Origin: a virus
IMG/VR virus record: IMGVR_UViG_3300047444_000577
Span: 1-64,000 of that record
Direction: 5' to 3' (one strand)
DNA length: 64,000 nucleotides
The first letter of the stretch is position 1. The number at the start of each line of letters is the position of its first letter. The notes under the pieces are model-generated. The model made no database searches. It was not told where the DNA came from and worked only from the letters and a program-made list of their open reading frames with translations. Shown piece by piece: positions 27,093 to 35,430 of this stretch. The position numbers and the translations under genes were made by a program.

Positions 27093-28055
27093 TTAGAAGC
27101 GTGCGAGGACGCTCGGGTAGGCGTTGCGGACGGCGTTCTTGATTGCGTCGGCACCCATCTCGCCGATGTCCTTCGCGGAGGTGCCGGAGTAGTCCAGGAA
27201 CTTGAGCGCCAGTCCCCGGCGGGACCAGTCCTTGCGGAGCCGTTCGCTGTCCTTGGCCCCGGCCGCGTCGTTGTCGAGGGCGATGACGACGGTGTCGAAG
27301 TGGTCCCGGATCAGGGACATCTGGGCATCGGAGACCCCGGAGCCGAAGGAGGCCAGACCTGCGGTGAAGCCGCACGCGCGCAGCCGGACCACGTCCAGTG
27401 GCGACTCGACCAGGATGGCCTGGTCACTCTCGTAGGTATGAAGCCCGAAGAGCGTCTTGGACTTGGTCATGCTGTTGGGTCGGTTGCGGAAGTAGCGGGC
27501 GTTCTTCTCCTGCCAGCCCCACAGCTTGCCGGTATCGGGGTCGCGGACGGGGATGATCCACATGCTGCGTTCGGTGTCCCACAGCACTCCGGTGGCTTCA
27601 CAGTGCTCCGGCATGATCAGGCGCTTTGAGCACTCGGCTATGGGCGGGGTGACGAACAGGGCGAGGCTGGCCTCGTTGATCTGGGTGGTCGTGTCGACCT
27701 TGTCAGGGGTTGCCTCCTTCTTCGCCAGGAATTTCTTGACTCGCTCGATTCCCCCGCGCTTTCGGACCCACAGGACCGCGTCGGCGTAGGGGATTTCGAG
27801 CATGTCCTTCACCAGGATGATGAAAGGGCCCTGATAGCCGCACGAAAAGCAGTTGAAATAGCCAGCGTCGTAGTTGATAGAGAAGGATGGGTGCTTGTCT
27901 TCCTTGCCGGTGCGCGCCAAATGCATGGGGCACGGCATGTGTATTTCGTCGCCTTGGACCTTGTAGGCCAGGCCGATCTCGTCGAGGCAGCCGGTGACGT
28001 TACCTGGAATAGGTGTGCCGACTACGTCCCATCCGGATGCCTTAGCGCGAGGCAT
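27093..28055 (-). CDS. DNA primase (zinc finger + TOPRIM)
   Basis: CPMH...PSFS...CFSC, LVESPLD, ALDNDAAG. Confidence 0.9.
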   Translation of the reverse strand: MPRAKASGWDVVGTPIPGNVTGCLDEIGLAYKVQGDEIHMPCPMHLARTGKEDKHPSFSINYDAGYFNCFSCGYQGPFIILVKDMLEIPYADAVLWVRKRGGIERVKKFLAKKEATPDKVDTTTQINEASLALFVTPPIAECSKRLIMPEHCEATGVLWDTERSMWIIPVRDPDTGKLWGWQEKNARYFRNRPNSMTKSKTLFGLHTYESDQAILVESPLDVVRLRACGFTAGLASFGSGVSDAQMSLIRDHFDTVVIALDNDAAGAKDSERLRKDWSRRGLALKFLDYSGTSAKDIGEMGADAIKNAVRNAYPSVLARF

Positions 28056-28058
28056 GGG

Positions 28059-28307
28059 CTACCTCCTTTCTGAATATGTCTTGGCCATCCAGAGTATTTC
28101 CTCGGCGTCCCTGCGAGCCCAGAAGGTCCCGTAGATTACGAAGTCGAAGTCGCGCATTCCGCGCAGTTTGTACGCCTCGCTGGCGTAGGTGAGCAGCCGG
28201 TCGTGAGGATTCCGGCCGTTGTCGATGCACCAGTACCGAAACTGCTGGTAGGTGCCTGCCAATACCACGGTGCGCCGGTCAGTACGAGGCTCCGACGTAT
28301 CCGTCAC
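28059..28307 (-). CDS. Hypothetical protein (82 aa)
   Basis: GTG at 28307 after GGAGGAG. Confidence 0.55.
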   Translation of the reverse strand: MTDTSEPRTDRRTVVLAGTYQQFRYWCIDNGRNPHDRLLTYASEAYKLRGMRDFDFVIYGTFWARRDAEEILWMAKTYSERR

Positions 28308-29550
28308 TGTTCTGCTCCTCCATTCCGGCGAACGGGTCCTCGTTGAGTTCTTCGAACTTCCCGCATGTCCAATCCCACTGGACGTAGGTCTCCAGGGGCG
28401 GGCAGTTTCGGGCCAGGACGACCTTGATCTTGTTGATGTTCTCGTCGTCGGTCTTTTCCACACCGAGAATGACGTCGGAGTCCTGGGCGAACGAAGAGGA
28501 GTACCCGATCGAGTCGGAGGTGATGCCCTTCTTCTTGTTCATCTTCCACTCCAGGACCTGGGTGGAAATCATGATGGGGAGTTGCCGGTTCTTGGCCATT
28601 CTCTTGAACCCACGGGTGAGGTTTGTGAGCGCCTGCGGAGAGCCCTGCGCCTCGCCGAGTTCGTCCTGCATCATGTAGATGCCGTCGATGATGACGATGT
28701 CCGGCCGGTGCGCGTCGATCTTCGCGTCCACCCCGGAAAGCGTGGTCGCGTTCATGGAGTCGGACGAGAGAATGAAACTCGGCATGCTCTCGATTTCCCG
28801 AATGGCCTTTTCCAGCTTGTCCCATTCGGCCTTCTTGAGCGTGCCATTCCGCAGGCGGGCATGTGCGATCCCGGCGCGGATGGAGTCGTAGCGCTCCTCC
28901 TGCTCCTCGTTGCTCATCTCGAAGCCGATGAACAGGACCTTCACGCCGTACAGGTGCGCGGCCATTGCGGCCAGCAGGAGCAGCGTCGACTTGCCAGCCT
29001 TGGGCGGGCCGACGAAGGTGATCAACTGCTCCTTCTGCGCGCCCTGGGTGGCCCGGTCGATGGTCTTGAAACCGGTGGGGATGCCGCGCAGCCCGTCGGG
29101 CAGGTCCTTGAGGGCGAGGTAGCGCGCCAGGCGTTCCGTGCCAGTCGTGGTGAGGTCCGTGTCACGGGAGTTGGGCACTGCCGAGGCGATGGCTGCCAGC
29201 GTCCGCGACAGCGCCTCCATGGCCGCCTGTGCGTTGTTCTCCTCGTGTGCGTCGACCGAAGCGGCCAGGCCCTCCTCCAGGAGGGCCAAAGTATGAAGTT
29301 CCCGGATGCGGTCGGTCAGGACCTGCATCGTGTCTTCGACCTTGGCGAACTTGTACGTGGGGAAGTCGTTGCGGATGGTGGTCAGCGAGGGGACCTCGCC
29401 GTAGGTGCCCTTGTGCCGCATGATCGCCTTGAAGACGACCTTGTTGTCGGGGTCCTGGAAGAAGGCGGGGGTCACGCCCGCGTCGGCCACCGCTGCCAGG
29501 TCTCTGTCCTGGATGATCCGGGAGACCAGCAGCCGTTCGAAGTCAGCCAA
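28279..29550 (-). CDS. dnaB: DnaB-like replicative helicase
   Basis: GIPTGF, GPPKAGKS, FEMS, IIDGIYMM, SSFAQDSD. Confidence 0.9.
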   Translation of the reverse strand: MADFERLLVSRIIQDRDLAAVADAGVTPAFFQDPDNKVVFKAIMRHKGTYGEVPSLTTIRNDFPTYKFAKVEDTMQVLTDRIRELHTLALLEEGLAASVDAHEENNAQAAMEALSRTLAAIASAVPNSRDTDLTTTGTERLARYLALKDLPDGLRGIPTGFKTIDRATQGAQKEQLITFVGPPKAGKSTLLLLAAMAAHLYGVKVLFIGFEMSNEEQEERYDSIRAGIAHARLRNGTLKKAEWDKLEKAIREIESMPSFILSSDSMNATTLSGVDAKIDAHRPDIVIIDGIYMMQDELGEAQGSPQALTNLTRGFKRMAKNRQLPIMISTQVLEWKMNKKKGITSDSIGYSSSFAQDSDVILGVEKTDDENINKIKVVLARNCPPLETYVQWDWTCGKFEELNEDPFAGMEEQNSDGYVGASY

Positions 29551-30007
29551 AGAGGGATCCGATCAGTGTGGTGGGGTGGGCTGGCAGGGTGCGCCCCTTG
29601 CTGCCGAACATGAGGTGGTTCTCGTTGTCGAAGATGGCTGCGACGTCGGGCATGTGGGCGATGCGGCGGGCCAGCTTCTTCGGGTCGTCGGCCCACACCC
29701 GCCCGATGGGCAGGCCTTCGGTGTCCAGCCGCTCGGTCAGCGCCTCGGCGAACTCCTCACCCAGGTAGGTGACGACGTCGACCGAGTACTTGTAACGCCA
29801 GGTGGTGTCCCAGATGACGTGCGCCAGTTGCTCGTTGATGGTGTAGGAGTTGATGGCCCGCTTCACCTGCGCCGACTTGCTCCCGAACTGGCGGCGCATC
29901 AGCTCGACGACTCGGGAGTCTGGCTTGTCCGGCAGGAGTCCGAGCATGCCCTCGAAGGCGATGACCAGGCGTGGGCTGACCTCGTTCGAGATGTTTCCGC
30001 GCTCCAT
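29543..30007 (-). CDS. Degenerate HAD-like hypothetical protein
   Basis: RLVIAFEGML, DVVT, AIFD; pattern similar to 3652-4146. Confidence 0.5.
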   Translation of the reverse strand: MERGNISNEVSPRLVIAFEGMLGLLPDKPDSRVVELMRRQFGSKSAQVKRAINSYTINEQLAHVIWDTTWRYKYSVDVVTYLGEEFAEALTERLDTEGLPIGRVWADDPKKLARRIAHMPDVAAIFDNENHLMFGSKGRTLPAHPTTLIGSLFG

Positions 30008-30040
30008 CAGCCAGCCCCGAGTTTGTAGGAACCCTCCAGT

Positions 30041-30700
30041 TCACTGGCCACGACGGTCCCCTCCCACCACGGTGATGTGCGTGAAAGCGCCTTGGATGAA
30101 GGACCCCATGGAGGGGTTGTAGATGTCCCCCCACCGGCTGGGCGGGACGTTGGTGGTGACCAGGGTCGGACGGGCCTCTCGGTGCCGCAGGCGCAGCAGG
30201 TCGTCCAGCAGCCCTTCGGCGTAGCCGGTCTTGGTCTTGTGCTCTTTGCCGACGTCGTCCAGGAGGAGGACGGGTGCCTTCTCGGCCGCCACGATCTTGT
30301 CCTGGATCTCCCACCAGCGGGCGACCGCCTCCGGCTCGCGCCGGTCCTGCAGGCCCATCTTCTCGATGGACAGCTTGACGTAGTCGGCGTAGGCCAGCCA
30401 CGCGACCGGCAGGCGTCGTGTGAAGTAGATCTCCAGGAGCGTGGCGGTGGCCAGGGTGGTCTTGCCGGTGCCGGGAGGGCCGACCAGCAGCAGCCCCTTG
30501 CCGATGTCGCCCCAGTTGGCGGGGTACTCATCCAGGGGGCGCTTGTCGGTGACGTAGTGGTCCCGGAGGTTCTCGGTGAAGTGCTGGCAGACCGCCTTGC
30601 CCGGCGCGTCCGCCAACGTATGAAGCCGGAGCGCTTTGTAGTGCGCCGGGATACCGAACTCCTTGAGGCGCAGCGCATGGACCCGAGGGTCAGTCGCCAT
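30041..30700 (-). CDS. DnaC/IstB-like helicase loader ATPase
   Basis: GPPGTGKT, LLLDDVGKE, TLVTTN. Confidence 0.88.
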   Translation of the reverse strand: MATDPRVHALRLKEFGIPAHYKALRLHTLADAPGKAVCQHFTENLRDHYVTDKRPLDEYPANWGDIGKGLLLVGPPGTGKTTLATATLLEIYFTRRLPVAWLAYADYVKLSIEKMGLQDRREPEAVARWWEIQDKIVAAEKAPVLLLDDVGKEHKTKTGYAEGLLDDLLRLRHREARPTLVTTNVPPSRWGDIYNPSMGSFIQGAFTHITVVGGDRRGQ

Positions 30701-30823
30701 CGGTGGGTACCTCCTGTGGTGGTTGTTTCAACGGACAGAATGCTAACACGGTTACCGATTCATTGGTACTGATTCAGAACGCAGAGAGAGACGGGCCGCC
30801 GAAGCAGCCCGCCTCTCGGGACG

Positions 30824-31909
30824 TCAGGCCCAGTAGTCCTCGTTGAACCGGTTGGCCTCCACCTGGTCCACGGCCTGCGCCTTGCCCGTGCGCTGGGTCA
30901 GCAGTCCCCGTGCGGCCAGGAAGTCCTTCCAGGCGACCGTGCTGTCCGACCGCTGCCACGAGGGCGACCAGTAGGTGATGATCATCTGCCGGATCTCCTG
31001 CCGCTCCGTGCCCTGCGCCATCCACCGGCCGAAGTTCCCCGCGAGGGCTCCGAGGTTGGTGGAGCCGGGGACCGGGTGGCCCACGTCCTGGGCCCGGCTG
31101 TCGAAGAACTCGGCCAATTCTTCTGACGGCCGCTTAGAGCGCGGTTTACGGCCTCGCCGGACCGGAGGGGCCAGGTCGTCGTCAGAAGCCGGGAGACGGC
31201 GGCCTGGGGCCTGCGCCGCGCCCTCCTCGTCCAGGGTCTGGGCTACGACGTAGGCCGGGTCGAGTTCCCGCTCGGCCTGGGCCGCTTCCTCCGCCATCTG
31301 CTTCCGGGACTTCTTGCGGACACTGCTGCCGAGAGGTCTCACCGCATCCCAGCCCTTCCCGCCCGGCCTGGCGGGAACCTCCTCGGCATGCTTGGCACCC
31401 GACCGCGCCGACCGGCGCGGTGGAGAAGACGTAGTCTTCTCTATTTCTCTATTACTAGTTGGGTAGTTAGGTATTAGTACTACAGGCCCTGGAAACCCGT
31501 CTTCGGAAGCCCCCTCCTTAGTTGGTATATCCCAACTAGTTTCCGACGCCTGGAAATCCGTTGTTGGTACGTTCTCCGGAGACGGTTTCTCAGGCTCCGG
31601 AAAGTCCCGCACAACAGTGACGGTCTCCCATAGCCACTTGCCCGACTCCGGGTCGAGGTACTGCTCCCTCTCCTGGGTCATGTATCCCGCTTCGCGAAGT
31701 TCCCGCAGGGCCGTGCGAACGGCGTCCCGCCCCTCCCTGGGTTCGTCCCGGGCACCGGGCAGGTCCGTGGTCCGTGTCTCCCAGTCGTCCGGCTTGGCCA
31801 GCAGGAAGGCCAGCACGCCGCGAGCCCGGTAGGACAGGCGGTCGTCGCACAGTGTTGAGTTGGGGATGGTGGTGTAGCCCTTGGTGCGCTTGACACGCAG
31901 AATGCTCAC
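30824..31909 (-). CDS. Phage replication initiator (N-terminal wHTH)
   Basis: YTTIPN...D.RLSYRARGVLAFLL.KPDDW...GRDAVRTALREL..AGY; directly upstream of the DnaC-like loader. Confidence 0.75.
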   Translation of the reverse strand: MSILRVKRTKGYTTIPNSTLCDDRLSYRARGVLAFLLAKPDDWETRTTDLPGARDEPREGRDAVRTALRELREAGYMTQEREQYLDPESGKWLWETVTVVRDFPEPEKPSPENVPTTDFQASETSWDIPTKEGASEDGFPGPVVLIPNYPTSNREIEKTTSSPPRRSARSGAKHAEEVPARPGGKGWDAVRPLGSSVRKKSRKQMAEEAAQAERELDPAYVVAQTLDEEGAAQAPGRRLPASDDDLAPPVRRGRKPRSKRPSEELAEFFDSRAQDVGHPVPGSTNLGALAGNFGRWMAQGTERQEIRQMIITYWSPSWQRSDSTVAWKDFLAARGLLTQRTGKAQAVDQVEANRFNEDYWA

Positions 31910-32047
31910 AGGCGGATCCGATAAGTATGAAGCGGTAGTGCCATGGTAGTTTGGCTCACGTTCCGGGGTTTGTGGTGGGCTCCGGGGTGGGCGAAGGCCC
32001 CAGCACTGGCTTGAGGTTTCCTCGCCGGTACTGGGGCCTTCGCGTTG

Positions 32048-33226
32048 CTACTCGGCGGGCAGTTCCAGACCCTGCTCCTCGATCTCCGCCCGGGTCAGTT
32101 CCACGACCTTCGATCCGGCCGGGATCCGTCCACGCCCGCGCCGCGTCAGGTTGCCCTCCGCGTCCTCCAGGTAGGCGTAGGTCTTGGACTCGTCACGCGG
32201 CCGTCCACGACGCCGCCGGGGGGACGCCTGGTCCTCCTCGACCTCCGCCTCCTGCTCGGCCTTCTCCTGGGTCGCCAGGGCCTTGTAGCCCGCCGCCTGC
32301 TTCGGGTCCTCCCCGAGGGTATGAAGCGCCTTCTGCAGCAGTTCCGTCAGCGGCCGGTAGGGCTCGGTGGCCTGGTTGATCACCGCGTTGCGCTCGTCCT
32401 CCAGCCGGAAGACCTTGTAGGCGCTCTCCAGGGCCGTGCGCACCAGCAGCAGGTCGACCTCCGTGTCCGACACCGGGGCGGTGTTCTGCTGGACCTTGTG
32501 GGCCGCGCGGGAGACCTCCTCCTCCAGGCTCTGCGGCTCCTCGGCCGCCTCCGGCTCCGCCTTGCGCCGCGAGCGGCGGGCGGGCTTCTCCGGCTCGGCT
32601 GCGGGCTTGGGTGAGCAGTCCTCCTCCGTCAGCGGCTCCTCCTCCGGCTCGGCCAACTCCGGCTCTGCCTTACGGCCACGGCGACGGCCACGTGCGGGCT
32701 TCTCCTCCTCCGGCTCCGGCTCGGGTTCCGGCTCGGGCTCCTCGTCGGGCGACTCGAAACTGATGTCGTCGAGCCCGGCGGACAGGTCCTTGGCCTTGAT
32801 GCCAGCCTGCTCGGCCGCGTCCAGCAGCAGTTCGGCTTCCTCGCTGCCGTCCCCCCACAGAAGGATGAGGTGCTTTTCGCCCTCGGCCTTTTGGAGGAGT
32901 TCCACAACCTTGGCCGTGACGTTGTCGACGACCTCGGTGTCCTCGGCGTCGCGCAAGATCTTGTCGACGGCGCGGTTCTTCACCTTGTCGGTGACCGCGA
33001 CGAAGGGGAGGTCGGCGTACTCGACCCACTCCAGCACGGTCTCGATGCCGTCGGACAGGTGTTCCTTGGTGAGCGGGAAGATCAGGGTGACCTCCCGGTC
33101 GGTCGGCTCGGGCCAACCGTCCGCGTCCTCGTCCCCGAGGCCCACGAAGTCGTTGAGCAGCGCCTTGACGTTGTCGATGTCGACGTCGCCGGAGCCTGCG
33201 AAGGCCAGGGTGATGGGAGTGCTCAA
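32048..33226 (-). CDS. Acidic protein with C-terminal AT-hook/RGR DNA-binding motifs
   Basis: 392 aa; (EP)n linker; RRRRGRPR and RRGRGRIP near the C-terminus. Confidence 0.7.
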   Translation of the reverse strand: MSTPITLAFAGSGDVDIDNVKALLNDFVGLGDEDADGWPEPTDREVTLIFPLTKEHLSDGIETVLEWVEYADLPFVAVTDKVKNRAVDKILRDAEDTEVVDNVTAKVVELLQKAEGEKHLILLWGDGSEEAELLLDAAEQAGIKAKDLSAGLDDISFESPDEEPEPEPEPEPEEEKPARGRRRGRKAEPELAEPEEEPLTEEDCSPKPAAEPEKPARRSRRKAEPEAAEEPQSLEEEVSRAAHKVQQNTAPVSDTEVDLLLVRTALESAYKVFRLEDERNAVINQATEPYRPLTELLQKALHTLGEDPKQAAGYKALATQEKAEQEAEVEEDQASPRRRRGRPRDESKTYAYLEDAEGNLTRRGRGRIPAGSKVVELTRAEIEEQGLELPAE

Positions 33227-33274
33227 GTCTGCTCCTGTGTGGTGTCGTTGCCGCCGGTCCCGGCGACGTGAATG

Positions 33275-33303
33275 ACATTACTAGTTACTGATTCCAAATG
33301 CAA
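33275..33303 (-). promoter_or_regulatory. Sigma70-type promoter at the start of the replication block
   Basis: TTGCAT-17 bp-TAATGT immediately after the terminator hairpin. Confidence 0.55.
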
Positions 33304-33332
33304 GAAACCCCCGATTTGGAACCGGGGGTTTC
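33304..33332 (-). terminator. Terminator ending the structural/holin operon
   Basis: GAAACCCCCG...CGGGGGTTTC stem followed by TT. Confidence 0.65.
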
Positions 33333-33347
33333 AGGCTGATTGACACG

Positions 33348-33629
33348 TCAGGGCAGGTCAGGAACCCTGCGGCCGGAGGGTCGGCGGGGAAGTCGGAACG
33401 GTGCGGGTTCAGTGACCTGGCTGCGTACCCGAAGGTGCAGCAGGGCCACCACCCCGGCCGCCGCTACGGATACCAGCCATGGTGCGGGAAGTCGCTGCGC
33501 CTCGTAGGCCAGGCCAACAACGGCCAGGGGCTGCAGACCGGCGGGCAGGCCCACGGGGAGGACTTCGAGCAGCCATTCCCACGCAGTGAAGGTGGCCAGG
33601 CACAGCAGCAGCACGTGGAGCCAGTCCAT
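33348..33629 (-). CDS. Small membrane protein (holin-associated)
   Basis: Hydrophobic helices; follows the putative holin. Confidence 0.6.
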   Translation of the reverse strand: MDWLHVLLLCLATFTAWEWLLEVLPVGLPAGLQPLAVVGLAYEAQRLPAPWLVSVAAAGVVALLHLRVRSQVTEPAPFRLPRRPSGRRVPDLP

Positions 33630-33631
33630 GG

Positions 33632-34186
33632 TCAGATACCGGGCTGCGCCGGAAGGACGGCAGTGGGGTCCGACACCTGCGGGAACAGTGCGGTCACCAC
33701 AGGGGCGGCCACGGCCTCGACGGTCTGCACCGCCTGGGCGACGACCGGGATCTGCGCGACTTCCTCGGCGGCCCCCTGCAGCAGGTCGGTGCTCAGCGGG
33801 AAGTCGTTGACAGGACTGGTGTCCTCGCCCTGGGTCAGTGCGTTGTAGTCGACCAGCACCTCGGGGTCTACGTGCAGCAGGCTCTCAGCGTCCCGGACGA
33901 GCGTGTCCTGCAGCCAGCCGAACCACCGGTACTTCTTGAGCAGCGAGTGGTAGAAGGCGGTGCCGGTGAGCCAGGCGAGGAAGGACGCCACGACGGCCGG
34001 AACCCAGTACAGGTGCTTCGGGTCGGACTGGTAGACCGCGCCGAAGCCGGTGCCGACGGCCAGGACCATGTGGGCGATGCCCTTGACGGTGCTGTTGGTC
34101 GACTTCTTGGTGAGCAGTGCCACGATCGCCGGGAGGACTAGACCGAGTGCCAGGGCGGCGACGTCGGAGTAGTTGGTGGGAGGCAT
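33632..34186 (-). CDS. Putative holin
   Basis: Three N-terminal TM segments; lies at the end of the tail operon. Confidence 0.6.
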   Translation of the reverse strand: MPPTNYSDVAALALGLVLPAIVALLTKKSTNSTVKGIAHMVLAVGTGFGAVYQSDPKHLYWVPAVVASFLAWLTGTAFYHSLLKKYRWFGWLQDTLVRDAESLLHVDPEVLVDYNALTQGEDTSPVNDFPLSTDLLQGAAEEVAQIPVVAQAVQTVEAVAAPVVTALFPQVSDPTAVLPAQPGI

Positions 34187-34209
34187 GTTTCTCCTGTACT
34201 GGTTGGTGG

Positions 34210-35430
34210 TTACTGGGTAGGCAGTACCGCATACAGCGGAACGGCCGAAGAGATTCCCAAGGGAGTATTCTCGTTGAGAAGTGTCTGCACGAGGTAACCG
34301 CGCTCCACCCGGTTCTCGTAGTAGTAGGAGCGGGCCTGGTTAACGGTTCCTCCCGCTTCCCACAGATAGTCGGGGCCGCCGTTGCCGTCGAAGTAGGGGC
34401 GGGCGGAGGAGCCTTCCTCGATGAGGATCCCGTCCGCCCAGAAGATGCTCGGGACACCTGCCGTCATCGTGGAGCGGACCACGTTCAGCCCCACGTTGGT
34501 GGTCTGGGCCAGCGCCGTGAAGGTGACGGTGACCACGCGCCAGCGACCGTTGGTCGGATCCGCCGGGGCGTGGGTGTAGGCCGTGGTCGACAACTGGACC
34601 GAAGTGGTGTTGTCGACCCAGGGGCTGATCTCTCCGCAGGACTGCGCGACGGACACACGGGCGCTGAGGGTGTAGGTGCGTCCGGGGATCAGGCCGGTCA
34701 CCTGGAGCGAGGTGCCGCTGTCCAGTGTTCCGCTGGACGGTGCAGTCACCTTGAGGGCCTGGGTGCCCCGCCAGCAGAAGGCGTCGGCCGCCAGGGTGGC
34801 ACCGCTGACCGAGGAGTAGCCGGTGATCCCGGACTCCATGTTCGGGTTGGTCGCGTAGTTGAGCCGGGACGGCTTGATGATGACCTGGATCTGGCGGGCC
34901 ATGGAGTAGGCGCTGGGGAGGCTCGCTCCCAGGGGCGCGGTCTCCAACTGCACAGCGTCGAGCAGTTGGAGACCGTTGGCGTTCATGCTCGCGAACTTGA
35001 AGCCCACGCTCGCGTAGGCGGCCTTCTTCCACGCGTAGCCCCCGCCGGACACGGGGTAGTCCTGGGGGGCGGTGACGACCGCGTACTGGCGGTTGTAGGA
35101 GCCGGACGCGGCCGAGGTCAGGCTTCCGCTGGTGGCTCCGAGCATGGCCATGGCCGGGTCGATGCCGCCGAAGGGGTAGTGGGCGAAGTCCTTGAAGGCG
35201 GCGTAGGGGATGCGCAGGGAGGCCTTGAGGGTGCCCTGGAGGCTGATCTGCCCGGCCATCGGGACCAGTGGCTTCGGCCGGGGAACGGTCGCCGAGATGG
35301 TGCCTTCGAAAGAGATCCCGCCATCCAGCGCGGGGCTGTAGACGGTGTAGATCGCAGCGGCGATGTTGCCGCCGAAGGTGAGGGTCGGGGCGAAGTCGTC
35401 GCCGCCGACGGTGAACGAGAGGGTGGTCAT
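34210..35430 (-). CDS. Minor tail protein with carbohydrate-binding-like domain
   Basis: NYATNPNMESG...GRTYTLSA...YFDG pattern. Confidence 0.65.
   Translation of the reverse strand: MTTLSFTVGGDDFAPTLTFGGNIAAAIYTVYSPALDGGISFEGTISATVPRPKPLVPMAGQISLQGTLKASLRIPYAAFKDFAHYPFGGIDPAMAMLGATSGSLTSAASGSYNRQYAVVTAPQDYPVSGGGYAWKKAAYASVGFKFASMNANGLQLLDAVQLETAPLGASLPSAYSMARQIQVIIKPSRLNYATNPNMESGITGYSSVSGATLAADAFCWRGTQALKVTAPSSGTLDSGTSLQVTGLIPGRTYTLSARVSVAQSCGEISPWVDNTTSVQLSTTAYTHAPADPTNGRWRVVTVTFTALAQTTNVGLNVVRSTMTAGVPSIFWADGILIEEGSSARPYFDGNGGPDYLWEAGGTVNQARSYYYENRVERGYLVQTLLNENTPLGISSAVPLYAVLPTQ

Noticed and set aside
22150-30725. ACCACCACAGGAGGT upstream of the starts at 22146 and 30700
   Set aside because: Adequately explained as a Shine-Dalgarno with an unstructured AC-rich leader; only two exact copies noted.
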